A DNA stretch of 64,000 bases. Origin: Eledone cirrhosa. Lineage: Eukaryota. The position numbers and the translations under genes are program-made. Positions 24,561-37,026 of the stretch are shown here, piece after piece. The notes beneath the pieces are model-generated. The model was given only the letters and a program-made list of their open reading frames with translations, did not search any database and was not told the DNA's origin. The stretch's first letter is position 1. Each line of letters begins with the position of its first letter. The stretch is taken from NCBI GenBank assembly GCA_964016885.1, contig OZ024743.1, positions 167,834,001 to 167,898,000 on the forward strand, written 5' to 3'.

Positions 24561-27500
24561 CTAAGGCGGGTAAAATTCCCGAGATCCATGGACGAGTTCT
24601 CTCCAGCGGTCTCTGTCCCTCATTATCGCTGCCATATCCTGCATCTCCAACAGACCAGTGTCTGTCCTTAGGGCATCAACATATGTTAACCTTGGTCTTC
24701 CTCTTCTAGTGTGTCCATGTAGGGGCTCCCAAAGGAGCACTGAGTGCAATGTCAACTCTGGATGTCGGTGAGCATGTCCAGCCAACCTCAGTCTTCTCTG
24801 TGTCACTTTTGAGCTGACTTTTGGGATGCTCCATACAGCTCTGAGTTTTTCATCCTCAGTGTATACTGATTAATGTTCAGAGCCATCCTCAGCATTCTCG
24901 TGTAGCACCCATCCACCATCTGAGTGAGTCTCTTGGTCAGTGTCCAAGTCTCAGACCCATACAGCAGCACAGACTCCACTACAGCAATGAAGAGGCGGAT
25001 TTTCAGGTCTCTACGAAGGTCTGACTTCCACACCGATCTCAAGCTGTGACACGCCGCCCAGGCCTTGCTCTTCCTCTCAACCACATCATCTTCCGTATTC
25101 CCAATCTTTGCTCCCAAATACAGGAAGTCCTCAACCAATTCCAGCGGCTTCCCGCCTACATTAGTGATCCCCTCTGGCTTCTCAACATTCTCTACCAGAT
25201 ATTTTGTTTTAGTCTCATTCATTCTCAGCCCCACACTCATCGACACAGTTTCAACCTCCCGCATCAAATCCCCTGCCTCCTTCACTGTATTTGTCACCAA
25301 AACTATGTCGTCGGCAAACTCAGCATCCGATACCTTTTTCGCCCCAACTCTCCTGCTCTGAGCCGGTGCCACAGTAAAGCCAGAGTCCTGGTGTTTCTCC
25401 AGTGCAAGGCGCATACAATAGTCCACTACGATGATAAAAAGGTAGGGAGCCAATGTATCTCCCTGGAGCACTCCAGCCAGTATCTCAAAGAACTCTGTCA
25501 TCCCATCAGGTGTAATGACTTGGGCTTTGGTGTTGGTGTAGAGCAGTGATATCAGGTCCACTATCCTCTTGGGGATTCCATAAGCCTGTAAGATCTTCAT
25601 CAGGCAGTAACGGTCCACAGAATCAAAGGCCTTCCTAAAGTCAATGAAAACCATGACCGCAGGAAGGCACTTTGCTCTAGCTCCCTCTAATATCCTCCCC
25701 AGCATCAGGATGTGACTGGTGGTTGATCTACCCTCTCTGAAGCCGTTCTGGTTGTCCCTGAGCTTCTCCATCTCAGGCTGGATCCTGTTAAGAATCATCC
25801 TGTTGAGGGTCTTTGCCACAAGTGACGTCAGTGAGATCCCCCGGTAGTTGTTGGTGTTAGAGAGATCTCCCTTCTTTGGCACTGGGACGATGTTACTGAT
25901 CCTCCACTGATTCGGGGCAACTCCTTTCTCCAGTGCCCCGTTACAGAACCCCAGGATGATATCATCAAAATCACACCTCTTCATCACCTCTGATGCCACT
26001 CCATCCTCTCCATGAGCCTTGCCCTCCTTGATCTTCTTCTTGGCTCTCTGAAGCTCCTCTCTGGTGAAGGGCTCTGTCTCAACATCCAGTTCCTCAAACA
26101 GCCGCCTGATCTCCCCAGTGCTCTGGGCTGTGGAGGGTGGCTCTCCTAGTAGGGTCCTAAAATGGTCTAGCCATTTCCCCTTCCTATCCTCGGGCCCCGT
26201 TCCCTGGATCTGACTCGAACACCTTTTCTTCCTCCCTGTGATCTCGTTGATGATCATCCAGCTCTCCTTACATCCAGATCTGTCAACCGCTCTCTTCACA
26301 CTTCTGATCTTCTCTATCAGTGCCTCCTCTCTGACCTCAGTGTAAGCGGTACAGAGCTCTTCCCTCATCACCGCCACAGTCTCCATCCTCTCCTCCGTAG
26401 GATCAGCATAGAATTGGTCCCTGGCAGCTTTCAGGTGTTCTCTGGCTGCACACACTTTTGGGTTTGCAGAGCTGACGTGCTTCCCTTTGTTCTTTTTCCT
26501 CGGCACCAGGGTTTCACTTGCTTTCGCCACTGCATTGGTGAAGTGCCCGTACCCCCTCGTCACACTCTCCTCAGTTCATCCAATCTCTCTCTCCTCTGAC
26601 TCTCCACACAGAGCACTAAACCTGTTTCTCACTTCCACTGTGAACCTCTCCTGTAGCTTATCATCTTCCCTGAAAGCTCCCCAGTCATAGATTGTTCTCC
26701 GGGGCTGAGCCTTGCTCTTTCTTAAGCTCACGCGGACCTCACTCATAACAAGCCGGTGGTCACTACCCAGTGTACTGAAATAGCTGTATGGTTCCGTGTT
26801 CAGAACACTATTCCGCCACTTTTTCCTCACCAGAATGAAATCAATCTGGGACTTGGACAGGTGCATATCTGAGATGTAGGTCCACATCTTCCCCAGATTC
26901 TTCCTAAACCCTAGGTTGGTCGCTATCAAGTTCGCCTCCAGCAGGGTGTCTCTCAGTAGTCTTCCATTTCGGTTGGTGTTGTTATGGAAGTACCAGCAAG
27001 GATCTTCACTGCCCTCCTTACTCAGATGTGCATTGAAGTCCCCCAAAACAAGCAGGATATTGTGTGCCTGAGTGGTGTTGACAGCTCTACACACCTCCTC
27101 ATGGAACTCCTCGGCATTCACATCACTGTCCCCCTCGGTTGGACTATAGGCTGAGATGACTGTCAGTCTTGGGTTTCCATTGAAGGTCACCCTCAACACT
27201 CGCGGGGAGATAGGCATTATTTCCCTCACCAACAGATTGGTTTTTGCACTGAACACAAAACCCACTCCTCCTACTGCAGCGTTTGTTGTGTTCTTCACTG
27301 CCGATGTAGTGATGAGCTGGCTCTTCCTCCCGATCATCACACTCCTCACGGGCTCATCGTGTAGAATCCTGTGTTCTTGGATCGCAAGTATCTGTATACC
27401 ACTCTCCTCGAACAGATGTCCCAACTCCTCTCTCTTCTCCAGCGTTCGAATAGTCCTCACATTCAAAGTGCCCATTTTGATGGCTCTTCTGCAGGACAAA

Positions 27501-27860
27501 ACTGCATTCTTTATATTTGTCTCAGAGACAGCTGATCCATCATCCACTGGCCCTCTCTGTGGCTCTAAGCCAGCAGAGTCATAACGACCAGGCTGATCCT
27601 TGACAGTGTAATTAGGGGCTCTAACCCTAGTGCTGTTAGATCGACTCTCCATATTTCTTTTCAATGGCTGACAATACCTTACCGGCGCCACTCGAGTAAG
27701 GTAGTTATTTAACCCATAACTGGAGCCCTAACAGGTACTACCACCCCGGGCCAGGGCAGACCTGGGAGTCATGACAACTAAGGGGTAACTCCACATTCCC
27801 CACATCTCCTGAACTCCCGAACTGGAGCCTTGCCACTGGATGTAGTTTAATGTCATACCC

Positions 27861-27866
<6 letters not shown>
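24561..27866 (-). mobile_element. RTE-clade LINE (single ORF: APE endonuclease plus RT), two frameshifts, inserted in (TA)n
   Basis: APE motifs GTLNVRT, LAIQEHR, LGDFNAH, QIDFILV and SDHRLV. RT motifs NYRGISL, FIDFRKAFDSV, GVLQGDTLAP and FADDIVL. The C-terminus RLRLAGH..RGRPRLTY is RTE-like. (TA)n lies at both ends. Confidence 0.92.
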
Positions 27867-27904
<38 letters not shown>

Positions 27905-27905
<1 letters not shown>

Positions 27906-28096
27906 CAAAGGAATTGTGGTAAGGAATCAAATGGACCATAACGCACCAGAGTACTCAATACTTAGGGTAGTAGAGTGGGAAATAGGAAAAAGTATGACCC
28001 CGACGGCAGAGCTCAAACCGTTTCGACGGCTATTTCTGGACTTAGAAGTCCAGAAATAGCCGTCGAAACGGTTGTCGGCGTCATACTTTTTCCTAT
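27905..28096. repeat. PLE-terminal-like fragment ending in a fold-back hairpin
   Basis: aaccgtttcgacggctatttctggact-taga-agtccagaaatagccgtcgaaacggtt, with outer arms ataggaaaaagtatgac / gtcatactttttcctat. Confidence 0.75.
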
Positions 28097-28117
28097 ATAT
28101 ATATATATATATATATA

Positions 28118-28355
28118 TGCGCAGTGTGACAAGAATCTTGATTCCCAACCACATGTTTCCGGGTTCAGTCCCACTGCCCGGGCCGACCAAAGCCCTGTAA
28201 GTGGATTTGATAGACTGAAACTAAAAGAACCGCGTCGTATATATGTATATATGTCTGTGTGCCTTTGCGTTTCTGGGTTTGTTGACGTCCCCCATAACTT
28301 ACCAATGGGATGCTCCAGCATGGGCGTAGTCCAGAGACAAAAAAAAGTTAAGTGC
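28118..28355 (+). mobile_element. Degraded tRNA-derived SINE fragment
   Basis: B-box-like ccgggttcagtcccactg followed by gggccgaccaaagccctgtaagtggattt; resembles abundant octopus SINEs (recall). Confidence 0.55.
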
Positions 28356-28406
28356 ATATATATATATATATATATATATGTGTGTATGTGTGTGTGTGTG
28401 TAGAAG

Positions 28407-28810
28407 AGGGGTCTCAAACTGAAGGACATAAAAGGGCCATTACGTCTTGGAGGAGAGGCACAGTGGGCCAAACGTGGTGGTGGGTGATGATTTTCACCAA
28501 TTATAATCATTTCTACTATAGGCACAAGGCATGAAATTAGGGGTTTAGGATCCCGTCGATTACATCGATTCCAGTTCACAACTGGTACTTAATTTAGCGA
28601 CCCCAAAAGGATGAAAGGTAAAGTTGAGATCGGCGGAATTTTAAATCAGAACGTAAAAACGGAAGAGGTACCGCTAAGCATTCCACCAAATATGCTAACG
28701 ATTCCACCAGCTCACCGCCTTATTTTCACCAGTTATAATGGAATCTGAAATACTGGTTCTACCACGGGCCATAGAGTAGTAGTTCGCGGGCCGCATGTTT
28801 GAGCCCACTT
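28407..28810. mobile_element. Possible decayed hAT-type MITE interrupted by a SINE
   Basis: Imperfect TIRs aggggtctcaaac / gtttgagcccactt and subterminal gggcc/gcgggccgca motifs. Confidence 0.4.
28505..28721 (-). mobile_element. tRNA-derived SINE with an ~18-bp target-site duplication
   Basis: Minus strand aggcggtgagctggtggaatcgttagc...ctttcatccttttggggtcgctaaattaagtacc...ccttgtgcctatagtagaaatg. TSD attttcacca(a/g)ttataat at 28490 and 28722. Confidence 0.8.
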
Positions 28811-28825
28811 TTAGAGAGATAGATA

Positions 28826-31800
28826 TCTTTCTTTATTTGCCACAGGGGCGTACAAAAATGGGACATTACAAGACGTGACGGCGGGGGTTTTAAATAAAAA
28901 TAACTTTAACATTAATAAACAATAATAAACTATATATAATAAAATAACAATTGAAATCCCCAGTACGGGGGAACGTTACTGCAGGGTTGTTTTACACCCC
29001 GTGGATAGAACAACCCTCAACACAAGGAACACGTGTTGTAGGTGTTCCTGTCTTCCCTCTGTTTATCTTCCTCAACCTACATGTTTATATACAGAGAAGG
29101 CCCATTCACTCGGGCCATTTTTTGCCACATTCACCCACCTTCCAGCGAATTTACTGGGGTGTAGCACATCTCTCTCCACTCCCACCTTCCTTCTGAAGTG
29201 ATACTTAAAGAAGGGGATAAGTTGTTGTCCGGAGAGAAAGGTGTTTGCCCTCAGTCCTTTTAACCTCGTCCACCATATTACCTCTTTCGCCATAGCCACC
29301 AGACAAGAAAGCCGCCTCTCCTTCGTTCTTAAATGAAGGCGGCGGGGTGATCCTCACGATGGGCTCGGCTGACAACTGGATGCGTCCTACACGTGACAGC
29401 AGCTGTTCGACATAATTCCACAGGTCGGTCACCCCTGGGCACTGAACAATTGCGTGCAGAACGGTTTCGATGTCCTGCTCGCATCTTGGACATGTCCTTT
29501 TGGCAGGATCTCTGCCAGGGCGTCCCTGCCTGTAGATTTTGTCTCGAACTGGTAGAGCTCCTCGGTAGCACTGCCAGGCCAGAGACCTCTGGAAGTTATC
29601 CAGACTGGTCAGTTCGTCCTCCTCGATGCCTAGAGTTTCCCCGAGAACGTCGTCGCACTTATCCTCCACTAATACCCTATAGAATGTCGAAGTGGAGTTT
29701 CCGCTGATTGCTGTTTCCGCTTGGTAGAGGGCTGTGAGCGCCTGTAGGTACTGGAGGTGCCAGGCACCCATTTTCGGTCTTCGCTTGACCCAGGACTGTA
29801 GCTCTGTTAGTGAGACGAGTTGTGGAAGAGCTTGTCTCACAAACGACAGCCACACCGGTGCACCGGTCAGGAATACCTGGAGATGGCGTAGCCTCAGCGC
29901 ATGTTTGCGCATCATCAGCCACGGCATGCCTAGCCGTCCGTTAGAAGGGTGTTGACAGCAGATGGATCTCCTCACCAATGGCGCCTGTTTCTTCCAGAGG
30001 AACTTGAAGAGTAGGCGTTCCATTTTGGTAAGGTATTCGCGGGAGCAAGGCACGACTGTCAAGCGGTAGTAGATGACGGAAGCTATGCAAGTGTTCGCCA
30101 CCTCCGCTCGACCTTTCAAGGAGAGTTTGCACTCAACCCACTTCTGGGTGAGTACAAACACCTTCGCCGTGACCTCGTTCCAGTTCTTGTTCACCTGGAG
30201 GTCTGGACCGAACCAGACCCCGAGCAATTTCACCGGCCCTTCCATCCAGCGTCTAACGACACTGTCGGAAGGCATGGGTTTGCCTCTCCATGTGCCGAGT
30301 TGCAAACCGACTGACTTGTTTGGGTTTAGTAGTGCTCTTGTCAACGTTTCGTATATCTGTAATAGGTTGCGATTACCCCGATGTCCGAGGTTTTCGACAC
30401 CATTTAGGTTATGTCGTCGGCATAGGCTGACGCTGCTTTCCGCAGTCCTGGTTCGATCGGGATGCTCTGCAACAGCGCCAATTTCCGCAGTAAGTACAGA
30501 ATCGAGGAGAGAGGTCATCCCTGACGGATGGAACGCATGATTTGGAATAGCTCTGATAGGTAGCCATTCACCTTGACTACCGAGCAGATGCTGGTGTGCA
30601 TGGCAGCGATCCAGCCTCTGAAGACGGGACCGAAGCCGGATGCCTTGAGAACTTCTTCCAAGTATTGATGGTCGACCCTATCAAATGCCTTAGACTGATC
30701 TAAATTGATCAGAGCCCCACCAAAGCCAGGTTTACACCCTACCCTCTCTATGATGTATCGCATGAGGTGGAGGTTGTCGTGTATGGACCTGGTCGGGATT
30801 GCAAACGTTTGGGCTTCCCCTACCAGGTTCTCGATGACAATCGCCAGCCTTGTTGCTAACACCTTGGCCAACATCTTTAACTCTGTGTTGAGCAAAGTTA
30901 TGGGCCTGAAATTGTTTATCTCAACCCCCTTGTTCTCATTTTTCCTGATCAGCGTTACTACGCCTCTGCCTACAGAACTGGGAATCCTCCCGTTCTGCTG
31001 CCAGTTTCGGTAGACCGCTTCGAGGACGCCAGAGAACAAGTATGGCATGCCTATGTAAAACTCATAGGGTAGCCCATCTAAACCGGGTGATTTGCGTTTC
31101 ATGCAGCGACCTAGGGCATTTTCTATTTCGCCGCTGTGATCGGCCTTTCGCAGATCTCCGCATCCGTGTTCGAGAGTCGCGGTACGCCGTCGAGGTAGGA
31201 GCTGAAGTCCATCACCTCGCTCGATGTACCGCTTTGCCCGAACAGTTGTGCAAAATGCTGCTGGAAGGCCGCGCACATCTGCTTGGATTCAAGTATAATG
31301 CGTCCATCTTTGTCTTGCAAAGACCGAATTGTGGATTTGTTGCCACTTTTCGCCTCTGCCACTCGGGCCCAGCTAACAGCTTTGGCTCTCTCGTTTCTTA
31401 GAGCACGTGTTCTACTTCTAACAATACAACCTTCGTGTTTCACGTTGAAGAACTGATCTAGTGCCGTTCTCGCCGCTAGCACGTCAGCTGTACTGCCATT
31501 CCTAAATGCCTCTTCTAATTTAGCTACCAGTTCCTTTTCAGTTTTTTTTTTTTTAAAGCTACTTCCTTGCTAAATGCTATCGATTCTATTCTAATTGCTC
31601 TCTTGAGAGAGCTCCACCACCTGTTGTTGACGATCGCCCTCGTCAACTGGCACTTAACTAAGCTGCTAATCCGTTTACTGTAGGCCTTACGCGCCGGGAT
31701 GACATATTTAGCTTCCAGTATCCGGGTCCCTGTCTATGTGTTCTATCAAGGTTGACTACACAGGTGACTAATTTGTGGTCTGAATAGGCAACCATGTGCA

Positions 31801-34529
31801 TTTGTGGACAGCTTAATGTTTCCTTATCATTCTGTCTAATTAAAAATCTATCTAAATACGATCTAGAAGACCCAGTGCGGTTCCTCCACGTCCACAGTGG
31901 TGCACTTGGGAAGTCTAGTCGATATCTATCAGCCAGTTGGAATTGGCTGATGAGATTTTTGAGTCTATTACACCCCTCTATTATCACAAGCTCCTACATA
32001 CTCCCAACGTGCGTCTAAGATGCCATTCCAGTCCCCCGCTAACACTAAGGAGCGAGACGTTCCCAGGAATGGCTCCAAACGCTTGAAGAACTCTGGTCGC
32101 GATATCCCAGTCGGGGCATATACGGCCACCAGTCTGAAAGCTCCACCTTCATTACCATTCACGTTCAGGACCACCAGGCTGCCCTCCGGGTCCAGGTGAA
32201 TCGTCTGTATTTTGAGATCCAAGTTTTTTCGAAACAGAACAGCAACTCCCCCCCCACCCCCTGGCTTACAGAGAGATGCGTAGATCTCAAAATCATCGAA
32301 CAGGGGGAGTTAGCTGCTGCTTGTCGTGAATCCTGGACTCGGTGATGGCTATCACATCTATACAATGAGACCTGAGATCATTTTAAAGCTGGCCCTGTTT
32401 CCAGGACATGCCCAGGCCACGTGCATTCAAACATCCAGCTTGTATAGTCGCCATGTTGGTAAAGAAGAGTTAAGGAGAGAAAAGACAGGAACACTTACCT
32501 TTTCGTTTCCTGGAGGTCGGGTTGTTCGATCTCTATGTCCAGATTGGTGGTGTTTAGGGATGGATGGAATCCTTTTAGTAGGTCACGGTTAAGGGGCTTT
32601 TGGCAAGGGGGGGGGCACATCATGTGGGAAGTTCTCTTTTAAAGTTTCATACTGTGGGGTTGTTTGAAGTTTGGGGGTGGGTCGTTGGTGGGGAAGGTTT
32701 TCCCTTCCGTTTGTATTGCGGGGTCCTTTCGGACAGTTTTCACCAGTTCTTTGTTTCTTGTTTTTATGTATGTGTAGTGTGTTTTGTTTTTTTATGTGTA
32801 CTGTTTCTGTTTGTAGTTTTATTTTTGTGGTTGGGGTTTGTGATTGTGGTGGTGTGGGTGTTTGTTTTGTTGGTGAAGTGCTTGGTTGTGTTGGTGGGGG
32901 ATTGTGTTGTTGGTGTGTTTGTCGCTTGTGGCGGTGTGTTTATGGTGGGGTTGGGTGTGTGCGTGTTTTCTGTAGATGTTTTTGTGTCTTTTTTGTGTCT
33001 TTTTTTTGGGGGGGGGGGGGATTTTTGGGGTTCCTCTTCATTCTCACTTGGAGATGTAGAGGTTCCCGTGTCTGAGATTTCTGAATCAGGGTTAGATGGG
33101 AGGGGTATGTTGTGTGGTGGAGTGTTTGTGCAGGTGTTTGTGGAAGTATTTGACAGGGGGGAAGAGGCAATGGAGTGTTTTTCAGTGGGATTTTGTGTGT
33201 GGTTGTCTCTGGTCTGTGGTGGTGTGGGAGTGGATGTTGCACGTGTTTGTGTTGTATTAGGTTTGGAGTGTTGATGTTGGGGTTTTGGTGTTGGTAATAA
33301 CACCTTGTTTGTCCTCGGTTTGTTTAAGAGAGGGCAAAGAGCCTTTAAGTGTGTGCTTTTCCCACACTTATGGCACTGAGGTCTTTTCCCCTCCACTAAA
33401 ATGGAGATGACATCTTCCTCAATGACGATCCTGTCCGGTATTTTCTCAACTCTCTCTGGCCTCATTTGTACCAGAACCTCGATGCAGGTTCCAAACCAGT
33501 TATGCCGGTCTGTCCTGTCTACTGATAGGAGGGTGTCCTCATCCTTCTTCAGGATGAAGCGTAGGATCCACCGTATGTTGACCTCTGCTGGGATCCTGGT
33601 TATTTTTATTTTGTAGGATCTTCTTCCCATGTATATGGGGAAGAAGATGTGTTGATCCGTTTTTATTGGGTGAACCGAGTGTTTTTGTGCCAGAGTTTCG
33701 CTACTGTTTACCTCTTTGGAGGTATGCCACGTCTGGCTTGATGTCTTTTATAGTGCTTGTTGGGAGCGTTATGGGTTTTTTGGTAATGATGTCAACTGTT
33801 CTATAAATTAGCTTCTTTTTCTGTGTCATTTATCTTACTTGTGGGGGTATGTGTATGTGTGGGGTGTCTCCCTCAAACGTCACATAGTTGGAAGCTTCTT
33901 CCAAATATTGGGAGTTTTGGGAAATGTCCATGGAGTAGTATTTAAAATCCTGTTGCTGCAAATGAAATTTTGTTATTGTTGTTGTTGGTGGTGATGATGG
34001 TCTCATTCGTTGTGTTGCCACTGATTCTTTTTGTTGTGTTGTTGTTGTTCTCATTTATTGTGTTGTTGTTGTTGCTTGTAGTGGTGTTAGTGTTTGCTAC
34101 ACATACTTCCTTCTGTGTGTGGATACATGTGACGTTTGTGACGTCAGGCGTGTTCAGTTGTTTACAAGCAGATGAAGCTTGTTCCACTTCTAAATGTTGA
34201 GGCGATAATGTTGGCATTCCTTTGTCCATGTCTGCTACTATCTGCTGGTCAAGTAGGCATGGCTTTCCCTTCCCATCTCCTTGTTTTGACGAAGTAGGTG
34301 CCTTTGCTTCAGCCACTTTTTTCAAAATTGAAGTGTTTTGCACAAATCTTTTCGAAAATATTTTGGATGTTTTTGCCCTGATGGGCACGATATTTTGGGA
34401 GACTGACAAGATCAAAATTTGACCTGTCAGTCCCTCTACAAATTGGTATAAAAATAAAAGTTCACAATGACGAATTTCTAAATAAATTTAAACAAAACTT
34501 ACCGGGCAAGTTTAACACATGTGTCCATC

Positions 34530-34531
<2 letters not shown>
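28826..34531 (-). mobile_element. Tx1/L1-clade LINE copy 0 (divergent subfamily), full length but decayed
   Basis: ORF1 remnant with Zn knuckle CHKCGKSTHLKALC. ORF2 (32454-29077) has AGDWNG, YLDRF, SDHK, PGYWKLN, SPGLDGLPYEFY, LDQSKAFDRV, YADD and CPRC..ETVLHAIVQC. The 3' end reads aataaagaaaga and the 5' end abuts (TA)n. Confidence 0.92.
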
Positions 34532-34588
<57 letters not shown>

Positions 34589-34693
34589 GTGTTGTTATTT
34601 GACCCGGCAATAAAAACTGGAGCCAAAATTCTTTCTGTACCACAAACAAGGCACACACACACACTCGCACACAGACACAAGTTTGTGTGTGTG

Positions 34694-34780
<87 letters not shown>

Positions 34781-34781
34781 C

Positions 34782-34821
<40 letters not shown>

Positions 34822-35358
34822 ACAGATATTGTTTGCTCATTGTCATCAAGCATCTCAATTCATTCGTTGTAACTAAGTTTGTGATCGAGGCACTTTATTT
34901 CGCTAGGTACTATTTATCCCTCGAGTTTGTGATTCCAGAAAAATTCTTCATATTTTGCATCTTTTCTATTTTGACTTTACAGTTTGAATTGTAGAATTGT
35001 CTATCCACTCAAAATATTGCCACAGCTAACCGTTTAATATAGAATTTAAAATAAAAGCTTTTTCGACTAATACCAAGTCTTTGAGAACATTCACGTCTAT
35101 TTTTCAAAAATAAATATATAATTTGAAATAGTTTGCTTTTGTTTTGGACTGAAACATTTTGTGTATTTAATTCGTAGGAGTATTTTTTAAAGATTTGTTT
35201 AAAGATTCTAACATAACTTGATTTGGCCCAGTAATCTACTGATATCAAAACCAGTAGTATATTGAAACATGGAAAAATAGTTTAGGGGGCATTTCGGGAT
35301 TTCGAGGGGCAAAAGGAGGCCTTTGGCCGAAATGAGCTGAGAACCTGTGGACTAAATC

Positions 35359-36660
35359 ATTTGATCCAGTAGCCTTGAACTCCATCTAGTCCCGGAGACT
35401 TCCAGTTGCTCATCTCGTTGCTGGCTTCCTTCATGTCTCTAGCTGAAATGACTAGTTCCGCCAGTTATGGGAAAACTGTTGTTTGTTTAAGTTCTTCTAA
35501 CTATTCAGTGTCCTCCTTGTGCCCCTTCTCTTTACTCCAGATGTCACTCCAAAACTTTTGACTTCCAATGTTATCCGGTATAATCACTTCATTTGTACAT
35601 TCTCCATTTATTTCTCGGTAAAATGTCGTTTGGTCTACTCTGGATAGTCTATTTTGCTTATATTGCTTTATTCTTTGTTCGTATCCAGCTATCTTTACTT
35701 TTTTGCTTCGAGACGTTGCTTGAGTTCTTACATTACTACATTTAGGCCTTTTCTCAATGCCATACTATTTTTCCAGTGCTCTGTATTTTCTTTCATTTCT
35801 AAGCTTCCCCTTTTTTTCAGACTTAGACAGAAATGTCCTTCAAGAGCGCATCTATACTGGCGTATTCTCCTTTTCTACAATGGCTCTTTTCTTTGGTCTC
35901 ATTTATAATCTTTTTCCTTGATATCTACACGCATATTTTCTGCTACAACAGTGCTTTCTGATTTTATCAGGTCATTTGTTTCTATGATGCTATTTATTTG
36001 ATGTTTTTCAGAACTTCATTCACCTTATGTTTCTTGGTTCAGTTTGCATTGTTCAAACTTCTTTAGATTGCAAATAAGATTCCTATTGTCCTTCAGTAAC
36101 CTTGTCTTTATTCTGTCGTACAATGCCGTCTGTTCACTTGTCATGTTTTCATTGATTTCATTGTTTTTCATACCATCTACATTTATCTCATCAGACAGAC
36201 TATCTCTACCCTCTTTCTGTGGGTTACCAGACATCTCTTTACCCTTGTTCTCTGCTGTAGTTTTCCTTTCCTCAGTAATCCCCTCATTTTCACTGTTTTT
36301 CTCACTGCTGTTTCCTGATATCCATCTTTTGATAGCTTCGAATTCTACTCTCTCAACCAGTGATTTCTCTTATTGGTCTGGCTTGGTCACATAACCTCTG
36401 CTCTGTGAGTTGAAACGAGCCTCTTTCTCGACATTTATTTTCCATTCGTTGTCGGTATCCTTTGATAGGGATCTCATTTTCATCTATCAGATTGCTCAAG
36501 TAGTAACACTCTATGACTACAACATTTATTTCTTCATCCCAACTCTGTCATGTTTGCTGGTCCATTGCTGAATAACGACCTGCTGGAACCGGAGCAGGTG
36601 CTCCAAGTCTTACCGGCACGATACCTTCACCATCGAGGGTTCCAGTCTTGTTAATGCCAC
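35359..36660 (-). pseudogene. Degraded 5' half of an R4/Dong-type LINE
   Basis: Minus strand reads MSNWKSPGLDGVQGYWIK and KFWSDIWSKE, homologous to the N-terminal part of the 56271..52879 ORF; many stops. Confidence 0.75.
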
Positions 36661-36707
36661 TGTTCTTTCTTTTATTTAACATAATCACTCATATATAGCA
36701 AATATTA

Positions 36708-37026
36708 TGAGTTCAAATCCTGCCGAGGTTAACTTTGCCTTTCATCCTTAGGGGAGGTCGTTAAAATAAAGTACCAGTAATGTACTGGGTAATTGCTAGC
36801 CTTGTGCCAAAAAGTAGAAACAATTATTATGTGGATTGGCAGTATCGGTAGAGGGTCGGATGCCATGCTTTGACGCATAGAGTTACGGCCCTTGCGATTC
36901 TGATTTCAAATCCCGCCGAGGTTAACTTTGCCTTTCATCCTTACGGGGTCGATAAAATAAAGTACCAGTAATGCACTGGGTAATTGCTAGCTTTGTGCCA
37001 AAAGTAGAAACAATTATTATTATTAT
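36708..37026 (+). mobile_element. Tandem pair of tRNA-derived SINEs with ATT tails
   Basis: ttcaaatcc.gccgaggttaactttgcctttcatcctta..ggggtcg.taaaataaagtaccagt occurs twice (36708-36830 and 36831-37026). Same family as 28505-28721. Confidence 0.8.

Noticed and set aside
32600-33274. Val/Gly/Cys-rich membrane-like ORFs (also 43900-44559, 48140-48733, 58377-58907)
   Set aside because: They are antisense shadows of the A/C-rich Tx1 ORF1.
34860-35355. Possible hAT transposon remnant (end resembling ..gctgagaacctgtg)
   Set aside because: No partner TIR or convincing transposase motif was found by eye.
36831-36920. tRNA gene
   Set aside because: Only degenerate A/B boxes of a SINE head are present; there is no cloverleaf.
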